From a virus (lineage: Duplodnaviria > Caudoviricetes): a DNA stretch of 44,117 nt. The stretch is taken from IMG/VR virus record IMGVR_UViG_3300048598_000584, positions 1-44,117 of that record; one strand, written 5' to 3'. Below are positions 1 to 8,427 of the stretch, one piece after another. Below the pieces are notes generated by a model. The model was not told where the DNA came from, searched no databases, and was given only the letters and a program-made list of their open reading frames with translations. The position numbers were made by a program, and so were the translations under genes. The stretch's first letter is position 1; each line of letters starts with the position of its first letter.

Positions 1-260
1 CTATTTCGGAGGCGATGGCTTCACTGACGAATGATGGTCGACGATCATCCAACGCTCGCCGTCCCTGACGTAGGTAAAGCTGTATCGCGCGGGCAAGCTC
101 TTCGTCTCACCATCCTTGACATAGGAGAAGGTGTCGTAGCCGGCATTGACCGCCGCATAGCCGTACACGCGGATCAATTGATCGCCGAAGGCGACTTTGA
201 GACCGGGCAGAATCTTGAAGGCGGTAACGAAATAGTCTTGTAGCGCGGCACGGTCGGAGC
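1..260 (-). pseudogene. C-terminal part of an NTF2-like SgcJ/EcaC (DUF4440/CaMKII association domain-like) protein, probably N-truncated; host gene
   Basis: Ends ARYSFTYVRDGERWMIVDHHSS, the typical C-terminus of this family. Resemblance is lost upstream of SDRAALQDYF and there is no convincing start. Confidence 0.55.
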
Positions 261-512
261 AAGTCCGCTGGAGACGGCCTCCATGCAGCGAGAGACGCAA
301 ATCACAATGCGCAGTCAGTGCGGAAAACTGGATTGAAGCTGTGCGCCACGAGGCCGTGTGCGCGACACGAGTGAAACTACATCATCAGCGAGGCACGAAC
401 CATCAGCGACATTGACTTGGCAGGTCGCAGGAATTCGCCCCTGGAGCTGCAGGCGGCGGCGCACACGCGGTTGCGGTCGTGGAGTCCTGTTGTGGCTCCG
501 GCTTGACCGAAC

Positions 513-881
513 CTAGGTCATTGTGCCCGGCATGAAGCAGCGGATATCGACGTCGTGGAGTACACCCGCGACGCGAACGTAGATCGGCCAAACGATGGTG
601 CGACCGTCCCGGTTCGGCTCCTTGATGACGGCATCATCAGGAACCGCCCACCACTTGCCCTCGATGAACACACGATAGTGGCCGTCATTGGTGTCCCAAT
701 CGACATCCTTGAGGGTCATGCCATCGGCGTCGGCGCAGCATGGGCTGCGCTTGCTCTGCAGACTTTCGAACCAGGGTTTCAACGGCGAGTTGGCATAACG
801 CCCGTCATCGCGAGCCTGCGCCAATCCGCCAGCAAGCGCGATCAACGCAGCGAGCGTGCACAGGCACGTCCTCGGCATCAT
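513..881 (-). CDS. Secreted hypothetical protein (host side of att)
   Basis: GGAG RBS, start MMPRT, signal peptide ending AQA, WFESLQSKRSPCCADADG and CFMPG motifs of a common rhizobial exported family. Confidence 0.7.
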   Translation of the reverse strand: MMPRTCLCTLAALIALAGGLAQARDDGRYANSPLKPWFESLQSKRSPCCADADGMTLKDVDWDTNDGHYRVFIEGKWWAVPDDAVIKEPNRDGRTIVWPIYVRVAGVLHDVDIRCFMPGTMT

Positions 882-1078
882 TCGCTTCTCCACACCGTTC
901 AGGGCTGCCCTGAGGGAACGAACGGCTGGCAGTCTGCTATGTTCCTGCCGGGGTTGGCGCAGACAGCGGATCGGATCACGCCGGACAATGTGCTCGTGAA
1001 AGAGAACGCCCTCAGGACCGGGCGTCAGAAGCGTGGAGGGAATGTCATAATCGCAGCTTGAGGCATCAAGCAGTTGGC

Positions 1079-1106
1079 TGGTCGGGGCAGCTGGATTCGA
1101 ACCTAC
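1079..1106 (-). other. Prophage att core: 3' end of a tRNA-Pro-type gene
   Basis: Minus strand GTAGGTTCGAATCCAGCTGCCCCGACCA = T-loop TTCGAAT plus acceptor 3' strand ending CCGACCA. No 5' tRNA half upstream; lies at the host/phage gene boundary. Confidence 0.8.
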
Positions 1107-1130
1107 CTCAACCCATTGGAATCGTTCACT

Positions 1131-1193
1131 GCGATTCTGACCACCTCCCCGATCCGGTACTGACCTCTCCCTAGAGCTCCCCGCGATTCTGAC
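1131..1193 (+). repeat. Direct repeat GCGATTCTGAC (1131-1141, 1183-1193); candidate integrase arm-type sites
   Basis: Two exact 11-mers and a partial TACTGACC between them, just inside the att core. Confidence 0.5.
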
Positions 1194-1232
1194 AGCCAAG
1201 ACCTCGGCGCCGGCAGCGGCTCCGCGCGTCCT

Positions 1233-1445
1233 GTTGCATCAGTTGCGTTGCGTACCCCACCCACCGAGAGCGGGAGAGCTTCATCGTGCGCGACCTCGAC
1301 GAGGACGACCACCTTCCGAGCGCCGTCTACGGCTGCCTCTCCGTCCTGCTCACCGGCCTGGCGGTCACCGTCGTGATCATCGTCGGCGCCGCCTGGTGGC
1401 TCACATGAACAGTTGCGTCAGTTGCGTTGCGTTTCCCCTCCCATC
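1233..1445 (+). repeat. About 33-bp imperfect direct repeat GTTGCRTCAGTTGCGTTGCGT...CCCCWCCCAYC (1233-1265, 1412-1445)
   Basis: Read directly; each copy precedes the RBS of a small ORF. Confidence 0.75.
1286..1408 (+). CDS. 40-aa single-TM protein (not in ORF track)
   Basis: GGAGAG RBS, GTG start, MRDLDEDDHLPSAVYGCLSVLLTGLAVTVVIIVGAAWWLT. Confidence 0.6.
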   Translation: MRDLDEDDHLPSAVYGCLSVLLTGLAVTVVIIVGAAWWLT

Positions 1446-1466
1446 AAACCCACGGAGAAACGGCCC

Positions 1467-1604
1467 ATGACTTGGTCGAAGCGCAGCCGGCGGGCGGCTG
1501 CCAAGCGCGCGCGGATTCGCCGCGAACAATGGGACCGCCGCCGCCGGCGCAGAGCGGTCGCCGACCGCGAGTGGATGATCATGTCGACGGGAGCTCGCCC
1601 ATGA
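1467..1604 (+). CDS. Small Arg-rich hypothetical protein
   Basis: GGAG RBS; ATGA overlap with next gene. Confidence 0.55.
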   Translation: MTWSKRSRRAAAKRARIRREQWDRRRRRRAVADREWMIMSTGARP

Positions 1605-2230
1605 GCATCACGGCCTATCCGCTCCGCTGGCCCGACGGCTGGCCCCGCGCGCAGTCCCGCAAGCAAGCCAGTTTCGGGACCAAGGGCAGAGCCGAAGGAC
1701 CAAGTGGCTGGCGGCCGACGCTCGACATCACCATGGCCGAGGCCATGAAGCGGGTGACGTACGAGCTCGAGCGCCTCGGCGTGAACGTCGCCGACGACTC
1801 GATCGTCTCGACCAACCTGAAGCTCAACCTGGCCGGCCGGCCCCGCGGCGACCAGGGCGAGCCGAGCGATCCCGGCGTTGCCGTCTACTTCCAGAAGAAG
1901 AACGGCCCGATGCGCGTGCTCGCGATCGACGCCTACCACCGGGTCCGCGACAACGTGGCCGCGATCGCCGCGACGCTCGAGGCCATGCGAGCGATCGAGC
2001 GCCACGGCGGCGCGCAGATCCTCGAGCGCGCCTTCACCGGCTTCGACGCGCTGCCGGCGCCGAAGAAGTGGTGGGACATCCTCGAGGTGCGCCAGGACGC
2101 CTCGATCGACACGATCGAAGCCAACTTCCGCCGACTCGCCCGCGACCGGCATCCCGACCGCGGCGGCAGCAACGCCGCCATGGCCGAGCTCAACGAGGCC
2201 CGCGCGGCCGCACTGGAGACGAGACGATGA
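1601..2230 (+). CDS. Phage J-domain (DnaJ-like) protein
   Basis: N-terminal AYPLRWPDGWPR; C-terminal J-domain WWDILEV...RHPDRGG...ELNEA with HPD motif. Confidence 0.88.
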   Translation: MSITAYPLRWPDGWPRAQSRKQASFGTKGRAEGPSGWRPTLDITMAEAMKRVTYELERLGVNVADDSIVSTNLKLNLAGRPRGDQGEPSDPGVAVYFQKKNGPMRVLAIDAYHRVRDNVAAIAATLEAMRAIERHGGAQILERAFTGFDALPAPKKWWDILEVRQDASIDTIEANFRRLARDRHPDRGGSNAAMAELNEARAAALETRR

Positions 2231-2484
2231 AAAACAAGCTGTCTGATCTCAACAATCACCTGTTCGCCCAGCTCGAGCGCCTGTCACAGGAGGATCTGAC
2301 GCCAGAGCAGATCAAGGTCGAGATCGAGCGGGGCGAGGCCGTCGCGGCCATCGCAGACCAGATCGTGCGGAGCTCGGCGCTGCAGATCACGGCCGCGCGG
2401 CTGGTGGCGGAGCACGGCGACAAGGTCGCCCATCGCCTTCCCTTGCTCGAGACCAGCAAGCAGATCGAGGTCAAGCCGTCGTGA
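2227..2484 (+). CDS. Conserved phage protein (HNH-associated)
   Basis: MKNKLSDLNNHLFAQLERL motif; ATGA coupling. Confidence 0.8.
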   Translation: MKNKLSDLNNHLFAQLERLSQEDLTPEQIKVEIERGEAVAAIADQIVRSSALQITAARLVAEHGDKVAHRLPLLETSKQIEVKPS

Positions 2485-3476
2485 ACAAGAAGTACACGGC
2501 GGCCGAGCTCGCCTTCATCAAGCGACGGCGAAAGTTGCCGCGCCGGGAGCTCCTGGTCGCATTCAAACGCAAGTTCCGGCGCCGCGACTTCACCTTGCTG
2601 AAGCTGCAGGATCTCTGCAACCGCAAGGGTTGGAGCGTCGGCTCACGGAAGGGGCGGAAGCGTGACTCGCGTCGGTACAGCAGGGCCGAGCTCACCTTCA
2701 TCAGCCGCCGGCGCAAGATGCCGCGGCGCGATCTCCATGCCGCGTTCGTCGCGAAGTTCCGGCGAAAGGACGTCTCGCTCGACAACATCAGGCAGCTGTG
2801 CACGCGTAACGGCTGGGCGACCGATCCGCGCCAGCGCCGTCGGCGGGGGCTAGGCCGCACCAAGTTCAGCAAGGCCGAGCTCACGTTCATCAAGCGCCGG
2901 CAGACAATGCCCCGCCGCGAGCTCCATGCCACTTTCGTCGAGAAATTCCTGCGCGAGATCTCGCTGGAAGGTTTCAAGGCACTTTGCGACCGCCGAGGCC
3001 TGCGCACCGGCCGCACCGGACAATTCCCGAAGGGCATCGTGCCGGCGAACAAGGGCAAGAAGATGCCCTACAACGCCAGTTCGGCCCGTACGCAGTTCAA
3101 GAAGGGACATCTGGGCGGCACGGCCCTCGAGCGGCAGAAGCCGATCGGCAGCGAGAGGTTCTCGAAGGAAGGCTACCTCGAGCGCAAGATCCACAACCGA
3201 CTGCCATTGCAGTCTCGATGGCGCAGCGTCCACCGGATCAATTGGGAAGCAAAGTACGGCCCGGTGCCGCGTGGCCACGTCCTCAAATGCCTCGACGGCA
3301 ACAAGCTCAATACCGCTCCCTCGAATTGGGAAGCGATTTCTCGCGCCGTCTTGGCGCGGCGCAACAAGCGCTTCGCCGGCACGCAGCTTCCTCCGGAGCT
3401 CGAACCGACAGCGATCGCGATCGCCAAGCTCGACCATCAGCTGGCTGCCACGCACAAAGGCAGAGACAATGTCTAG
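2481..3476 (+). CDS. HNH-family protein with three N-terminal Myb-like helical repeats
   Basis: Three repeats beginning (K/R)(Y/F)(T/S)xAELxFI; GQFPKG and TQFKKG motifs; HRINWE...GPVP...DGNKLN..SNW HNH_3-like core. Confidence 0.8.
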   Translation: MNKKYTAAELAFIKRRRKLPRRELLVAFKRKFRRRDFTLLKLQDLCNRKGWSVGSRKGRKRDSRRYSRAELTFISRRRKMPRRDLHAAFVAKFRRKDVSLDNIRQLCTRNGWATDPRQRRRRGLGRTKFSKAELTFIKRRQTMPRRELHATFVEKFLREISLEGFKALCDRRGLRTGRTGQFPKGIVPANKGKKMPYNASSARTQFKKGHLGGTALERQKPIGSERFSKEGYLERKIHNRLPLQSRWRSVHRINWEAKYGPVPRGHVLKCLDGNKLNTAPSNWEAISRAVLARRNKRFAGTQLPPELEPTAIAIAKLDHQLAATHKGRDNV

Positions 3477-3687
3477 AAGAGACAAGGCGAAATGGCGCGA
3501 GTATATGCGCGAGTATATGCGGCGCCGGCGGCGCCTCGGCCTCGACGTTCGTGACCCCGGCGCGCGCCAGGCGCCTCTCCAAAAAACCCGCGCGCCTGCC
3601 GTCTTTGCAGACTTAACCGCGGCGTTGATGGGTGATCCGCCGATCGGCCGGCGGGCACTCGACGAAAAGCGGGAGCGAGCACTATGA
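3469..3687 (+). CDS. Hypothetical phage protein
   Basis: Overlaps upstream stop; REYMREYMRRRR and TAALMGDPPIGRRALD motifs. Confidence 0.65.
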   Translation: MSRRDKAKWREYMREYMRRRRRLGLDVRDPGARQAPLQKTRAPAVFADLTAALMGDPPIGRRALDEKRERAL

Positions 3688-3980
3688 CCGCCCTTCCCCA
3701 GCTCGAGCTCTCCGATCATCACCGCTCGCCCTTCGACGAAGCCGTGCTGATCATCGGCGGCAAAGAAGAGCACACCATCACCATCGAGTGCGAAGGCGCG
3801 CTGGATCTCGCCGACAGGCTGATCCGCTACGTCAACGCGCACGAACAGGTGCTGCAGGCCCTCACCGCCGCGATGTATGCGCTGCGGTCCTACGAATTCG
3901 GCAACGCCGCTCCGGATCTTGCCGCCGGCGTCGCCGATCAGTGCGAGTCCATCATCAAGCAAACAGGAGAGGCCGCTTGA
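3684..3980 (+). CDS. Hypothetical protein
   Basis: ATGA coupling, GC3-rich codons. Confidence 0.7.
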   Translation: MTALPQLELSDHHRSPFDEAVLIIGGKEEHTITIECEGALDLADRLIRYVNAHEQVLQALTAAMYALRSYEFGNAAPDLAAGVADQCESIIKQTGEAA

Positions 3981-4186
3981 CCGATCTGCTCACCATGTTC
4001 ACGCGCCACCAGGCGCTTTACGACACGATCGCGCAAAGCCACCCGTCGCTGCTCAACGGCAAGGTCTATTGCGCGCGCTGTGGCAAGGCCCGCCAGGTCG
4101 ACGCCGCACGATGCCTGCGCGAGGGTTGGCCGAAGTGCTGCGGCGCGACCGTGAGCCTGGCGCCGGCGAAGGCGGACAACACATGA
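3977..4186 (+). CDS. Small Zn-ribbon-like protein
   Basis: TTGA overlap, GGAGAGG RBS, CARC and GWPKCCG. Confidence 0.65.
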   Translation: MTDLLTMFTRHQALYDTIAQSHPSLLNGKVYCARCGKARQVDAARCLREGWPKCCGATVSLAPAKADNT

Positions 4187-4593
4187 GCCGCCAGCACAGA
4201 GAAGCCTTTGCGCTCATGTGGTACGCCTGCGAATGTGGGCACCGCGAGCGCATCTGGAATTCGCGGGACGGCGTCACGCCGTTCGGCGGCATCCTCTGCA
4301 CCAGCTGCGGCGGAAAGGGCCTCCAGCGGCGCGGCCTGACGCATGTCGACTGGCAGCTCGATGAGCCGGCGCCCGACCACAAGCTAGCCAATGGCCAGCG
4401 CTTCTTTCGGGACGGCACGGCAGACGACGCGGTGCGCATCATCGAGCGCCGCATCGCGCAAATCGCTCAGCAAGGGCGCGCGCTCCCGGCGGACGTCGCC
4501 GAGAGCCTCCGAAGGGACGCCGCGCAGCAAACCGGCGAGTGGCTGAAGGGCTGGCCCATGATCGACCGCTACGCGGAGAGGCAAGACACATGA
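4183..4593 (+). CDS. Cys-containing hypothetical protein
   Basis: ATGA coupling; CECGHRERIWNSRDGVTPF...CTSCG. Confidence 0.7.
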   Translation: MSRQHREAFALMWYACECGHRERIWNSRDGVTPFGGILCTSCGGKGLQRRGLTHVDWQLDEPAPDHKLANGQRFFRDGTADDAVRIIERRIAQIAQQGRALPADVAESLRRDAAQQTGEWLKGWPMIDRYAERQDT

Positions 4594-4835
4594 TCAAGAT
4601 CCGAGCCACGGTCGGCGATCGGCCGACCATCATCATCGGATTGTCTCACGCCAACCTCGATCGACTGCGCCAGGACGATCTCCGCGGCGCGATCGTCATC
4701 AACGGCGCCGAGCTGGGGATCACCGCCGACATCTGGATCACCGCGGCTACGACCGAGGGCGCAATGATGGAGGCGTTCGGCGATCTGGTCGGCCCGGAAA
4801 CCAAGGTCCGCATCGACCCGAGGCTGAAGTCATGA
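4590..4835 (+). CDS. Hypothetical protein
   Basis: ATGA coupling, GGAGAGG RBS. Confidence 0.7.
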   Translation: MIKIRATVGDRPTIIIGLSHANLDRLRQDDLRGAIVINGAELGITADIWITAATTEGAMMEAFGDLVGPETKVRIDPRLKS

Positions 4836-5053
4836 GTCGCCGGCGTAGGGGACAGCAACTGATGTTGCCGGTTCGCATGTATCTCGTCCGTTGCGATGGA
4901 TGGGCGGATTCCGAGATCCAGGCGCAGACCGCGGCTGCTGCGAAGTACCAAGTCTACAAGCGAGCTCGCGAAGCCGGCTATTTTCGCGAAGGGTTTCGGG
5001 ACTTCCTCTCGCGCGGGTTCCAGGCGAGGGAGGTGAGGCGAGCGATCACATGA
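4832..5053 (+). CDS. Hypothetical protein
   Basis: ATGA overlaps at both ends. Confidence 0.6.
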   Translation: MSRRRRGQQLMLPVRMYLVRCDGWADSEIQAQTAAAAKYQVYKRAREAGYFREGFRDFLSRGFQAREVRRAIT

Positions 5054-5265
5054 GCATCCAGCAGCATCCCGACTATCACGAGGGCTTCTTCGATGCGGTT
5101 GACGGCGAGCCGCTGTTCGAAGGCGAATGCACGCCGGAATATGCCGCCGGCTGGCGCGCCTGGTGGAATTGCCGCGATATCCTGGCGAGCTTCGATGGTG
5201 GAGATCTGCCGGCGTCGACGGCCGCGATCATGCCAGCACATTTCGCCCGGAAGCTCGATGCCTGA
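5050..5265 (+). CDS. Hypothetical protein
   Basis: ATGA coupling; YHEGFFDA...EYAAGW motif. Confidence 0.6.
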   Translation: MSIQQHPDYHEGFFDAVDGEPLFEGECTPEYAAGWRAWWNCRDILASFDGGDLPASTAAIMPAHFARKLDA

Positions 5266-5305
5266 GGAATCGACTCTCCCGTGCCGGCATGCTCTTGTCG
5301 CGGGC

Positions 5306-5644
5306 ATGGTCGCCCCGCGTGAGCCTCTCTTCCTCCGCCGCACCGTCATCGGCGGCCAGACCGCACCCGACGACTGGCAGGTCATCTGGGACGGCCTGCC
5401 GATCGGCCGCATCCTGAAACAGCGGGGCATGCCGGCTGGCAATCCCAACTGGTCCTGGAGCATCATCCTGCACCGGCCGCAACAATCCTGGCAGCGCGGG
5501 ATCTGCAGCGACCTCGAGGAGTGCAAGAGGCGCTTCCGCGTGGCCTGGTCCGCCGTGCACCCCAAGCTCACGGAAGCCGACGTCGAGGAGCTGCGCGCAG
5601 GAGAGCGCGACGTCAAGAACCGGCCCTGGAATCGCCGCAGATGA
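5306..5644 (+). CDS. Trp-rich hypothetical protein
   Basis: LFLRRTVIGG...DDWQVIWDG..IGRI...WSWSI; alternative start at 5258. Confidence 0.65.
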   Translation: MVAPREPLFLRRTVIGGQTAPDDWQVIWDGLPIGRILKQRGMPAGNPNWSWSIILHRPQQSWQRGICSDLEECKRRFRVAWSAVHPKLTEADVEELRAGERDVKNRPWNRRR

Positions 5645-5943
5645 CCACTCGCTGGTCCGCCCGCTTTGAGTATCCCATTGCGCTGTCGGACGGCGGCGAG
5701 CTTGTGACACTGCGCGACGCAGCGACATACCTCACCAGATTGCCGAAGGCCGAGCAGGAACATCCCGCCTGGCAGCTCGCCGCGGCCACCCTGCTCGACG
5801 CGGCCGAGGGCCGGGACTTCCTGATGCATGCGCGGATATCGGTGCTGCGCGCCCTCAACCGCGACCGGCCTGTCCCGGCCCGCGTCAGGCGCGAGGACTG
5901 GCGGGACAAATGGCGGGCGAAGCGGCCCGCAACCTCTCGTTAA
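5641..5943 (+). CDS. Hypothetical protein common in Bradyrhizobium-like mobile DNA
   Basis: WSARFEYPIAL...LVTLRDAATYL...WQLAA...ARISVLRALNR; ATGA coupling. Confidence 0.7.
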   Translation: MTTRWSARFEYPIALSDGGELVTLRDAATYLTRLPKAEQEHPAWQLAAATLLDAAEGRDFLMHARISVLRALNRDRPVPARVRREDWRDKWRAKRPATSR

Positions 5944-6012
5944 CGAGATTATGGAACATTTCCGGCCGCGCGCGGTCCTTTTCCCGCGTATAGCGCGCGA
6001 CCAGGATCTCCG

Positions 6013-6378
6013 ATGGCCAGCCCCGCCCGCAAAGCGAAAGCCCCCACGCGCTCAGAGCTTTGCCGGGAGCTGCTCGACATCACCTTCAAGCACCGCGAGG
6101 CCTTCGCCCGCATCGATGCGATCAAGACCGAGTTGAAGGTCCAGGCCTCGAACGACGGCAAGTTCCGCGAGACGTTCGTCGGCCTCGGTTACGTGTCGGT
6201 TTCCCCGGCCACGCCCGAGCAGGTCACCGGCGAAGCCCCCGAGCTTGTGGTCGCGGCCTGGCAGGATCTCAAACAGTCACGCCGTGATGCGCTGCTCGAG
6301 CAGGGCCTGGTCGAGATCAAGCCGACCGTGAAGGGCGCCTATCACGGCCGGGTCGACGTCAAGCTTCACGCCACCTAG
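6013..6378 (+). CDS. Hypothetical protein
   Basis: AGGA RBS, 121 aa, GC3-rich. Confidence 0.7.
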   Translation: MASPARKAKAPTRSELCRELLDITFKHREAFARIDAIKTELKVQASNDGKFRETFVGLGYVSVSPATPEQVTGEAPELVVAAWQDLKQSRRDALLEQGLVEIKPTVKGAYHGRVDVKLHAT

Positions 6379-6389
6379 GGAGCCGCACC

Positions 6390-6917
6390 ATGATCATGCC
6401 GACCGTCGGCCGCATCGTCTGGTACCACCGCCACGTCGACGCCGGCCGCGATCCCAACGGCCAGCCGCTCGCCGCGATCCTCGCCAAGGTCATCGACGAG
6501 CGCATCATCAATCTCACCGTCTGCAACGCCGACGGCACCACCTTCCCCGCGCTGCATGTGCCTCTCCTGCAGGAGGGCGATCAGCTCGAGGATCCGAACG
6601 CGGCCTATGCCGAGTGGACGCCCTACCAGAAGGGCCAGGCCGCCAAGACCGAGCAGCTGCAGGCGACCGCGCCCGCGCAGATCAACTCGATCTACGCAGC
6701 GCTCGACCAGCTCGCCACCGGCACGCAGGCCAAGCTCGACCAGTTCGGCACCAGCAACCAAGCCAAGTTCGAAGATCTCGGCGCCTGGCTGCAGAAGACG
6801 GTCGGCGATCTCCAGAACCGCCTGGCGGCGTTGGAGAAGGCGAATGCCGCTCCGCCGGCGCCGGCCAACGTGCCGCCGATCGGCCAGAACACGGCGCAGC
6901 AGCCGGTCGGAACGTGA
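6390..6917 (+). CDS. Conserved phage protein with C-terminal helical/coiled-coil extension
   Basis: PTVGRIVWY...QPLAAI...NLTV...YAEWTPYQKGQA; GGGAG RBS. Confidence 0.8.
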   Translation: MIMPTVGRIVWYHRHVDAGRDPNGQPLAAILAKVIDERIINLTVCNADGTTFPALHVPLLQEGDQLEDPNAAYAEWTPYQKGQAAKTEQLQATAPAQINSIYAALDQLATGTQAKLDQFGTSNQAKFEDLGAWLQKTVGDLQNRLAALEKANAAPPAPANVPPIGQNTAQQPVGT

Positions 6918-7342
6918 CCGAGAAGCGGAAGACGCGCGCCGAGCTCGAGGCCGAGATCGCCCGGCTCGCGCTGAGCGAAGCGAGCTACCATGAGGCGCTC
7001 AAGGCCGCCCGGGACCAGGTCCGCGCCCATGAAATGGACGCGAAGGAAACCCGCAAGCAGGTCGACAGCCTCAAGGAACGCCTGGCGATCGCCGAGGCCG
7101 AGAACCAGCGCATGCGCGGCTACATCGAGCGCGTCCAGGAAGACGACGTCGTCCGCGAGGACCTGGTCAAGGTCGGCGACCCCGACGGCGATCACCAGCT
7201 GGTGCCGAAACGGAAACAGGCAAAGTTCTACGCGCCCAGCGCGTACGCCGAGAAGGCCACGGGGACGATGGTGACCGACTACGGCGCCTCGCCCTACGAC
7301 CGCGCCAAAAGCGCGCCGCCGAAGCACTGGGTCACGTACTGA
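6914..7342 (+). CDS. Coiled-coil hypothetical protein
   Basis: GTGA overlap; heptad-rich N-terminal half. Confidence 0.7.
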   Translation: MTEKRKTRAELEAEIARLALSEASYHEALKAARDQVRAHEMDAKETRKQVDSLKERLAIAEAENQRMRGYIERVQEDDVVREDLVKVGDPDGDHQLVPKRKQAKFYAPSAYAEKATGTMVTDYGASPYDRAKSAPPKHWVTY

Positions 7343-7413
7343 TGTGCTGGTGCACCCCGACCAGACGCACGCCTTTTTGCGGCAGCATTAACTGCCATCC
7401 GCCAGGAGCTAAA

Positions 7414-7794
7414 ATGGACAGCCTCAAAGCCTCTGATGCGGCCGCCGGCGCGCTGGCAATAGCGCCGCGCGTTACCCTCGCCGACATCGAGGGCGCGATC
7501 GCCGCGCGCTTCGATCTCGGCCCCGGGCACCTGTTCACCGCCCTCGGCGCATGGAGCACGAGCGATGGCCGCGACGGCTCGCCTCCACCGTCCGACGTCG
7601 TCGAATCTCTCAAGTGCTTCTCGGTCTGCCTCGTGGTGATGAAGAACGGCTTCACCATCATCGGCAAGAGCGCGCCGGCCTCCCGCGAGAACTTCAATGC
7701 CGAGTTCGGCAAAAAGCTCGCCTACGAGGACTGCATCCGCCAGCTCTGGCCCCTGATGGGCTTCTCGCTGCGCGACAGGCTTGTGGCGCCGTGA
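7414..7794 (+). CDS. N4 Gp49/Sf6 gp66 family protein
   Basis: PRVTLADIE...CLVVMKNGFTIIGKSAPASRENFNAEFGKKLAYEDCIRQLWPLMGF; AGGAG RBS. Confidence 0.85.
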   Translation: MDSLKASDAAAGALAIAPRVTLADIEGAIAARFDLGPGHLFTALGAWSTSDGRDGSPPPSDVVESLKCFSVCLVVMKNGFTIIGKSAPASRENFNAEFGKKLAYEDCIRQLWPLMGFSLRDRLVAP

Positions 7795-8024
7795 CACGAG
7801 CCAGCATCGCCCTCACGCCTCACGAGCTGCAGAGCGGGCTCGATCGCCAGCGTCATGCCGAACTGCTGATCCTGCAGCTTCCCGCGGATCACGACGGCCG
7901 CAACACCTGGTTGCTCAACTACGGGGTCGGCCGGGAAGCCGCCATGTTGCGCGCGTGCCGACGGGTCGGCTTCGGCGTGCAGTGGAACGAGGACACCCGG
8001 GCGGCGCAAACCGTCAGCTCGTGA
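7791..8024 (+). CDS. Hypothetical protein
   Basis: GTGA overlap; LILQLPADHDGRNTWLLNYG motif. Confidence 0.65.
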   Translation: MTRASIALTPHELQSGLDRQRHAELLILQLPADHDGRNTWLLNYGVGREAAMLRACRRVGFGVQWNEDTRAAQTVSS

Positions 8025-8230
8025 AAACGGAGGTCTGGATCATCCGCGGGCCCTTGCGCGGCCGCCGCGGATGGATTCGGGGCAGCCTCGATGACCGCGC
8101 GAGTCGCGGCATCACCAAGGCCCTTGTTCACGCCAGCGCCACCGTCGAGTTGCTCCCGATTGAGAACTTGCGAGTCGACCAACAGCCCGATCTATTCTCG
8201 GCGCGAGGAAGGTCGGATGATCAAGCTTGA
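8021..8230 (+). CDS. KOW-like small protein
   Basis: VWIIRGPLRGRRGWI resembles a KOW motif; GTGA overlap. Confidence 0.5.
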   Translation: MKTEVWIIRGPLRGRRGWIRGSLDDRASRGITKALVHASATVELLPIENLRVDQQPDLFSARGRSDDQA

Positions 8231-8423
8231 TCCCCAAATCGATTGGCCGCCAGGCCAGTCAGCGAAAGATGCTCTCGAGCCCGATATCCGCATGGTCCGA
8301 TGCGTACTCGCGGGATATCTCGACTGCCCGGCCAACACGCCGAAGGCATGCATCTGCTCATCGATGAGCGCCCAGCTCTATCTTGATCGCTCGCGCGCGA
8401 AATACGGTCCCGACGAGCTATAA
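8217..8423 (+). CDS. Small Cys-containing hypothetical protein
   Basis: GAGGAAGG RBS; last gene before the hairpin. Confidence 0.5.
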   Translation: MIKLDPQIDWPPGQSAKDALEPDIRMVRCVLAGYLDCPANTPKACICSSMSAQLYLDRSRAKYGPDEL

Positions 8424-8427
8424 ATGC

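Noticed and set aside
1079-1106. Functional tRNA-Pro gene
   Set aside because: Only the T arm and acceptor 3' strand are present; treated as att
882-1199. N-terminal extension of the 228-aa ORF 513..1199
   Set aside because: Crosses the att site; signal peptide and RBS place the start at 881
3496-3522. Tandem GCGCGAGTATAT repeat as a regulatory element
   Set aside because: Explained by the coding repeat REYMREYM
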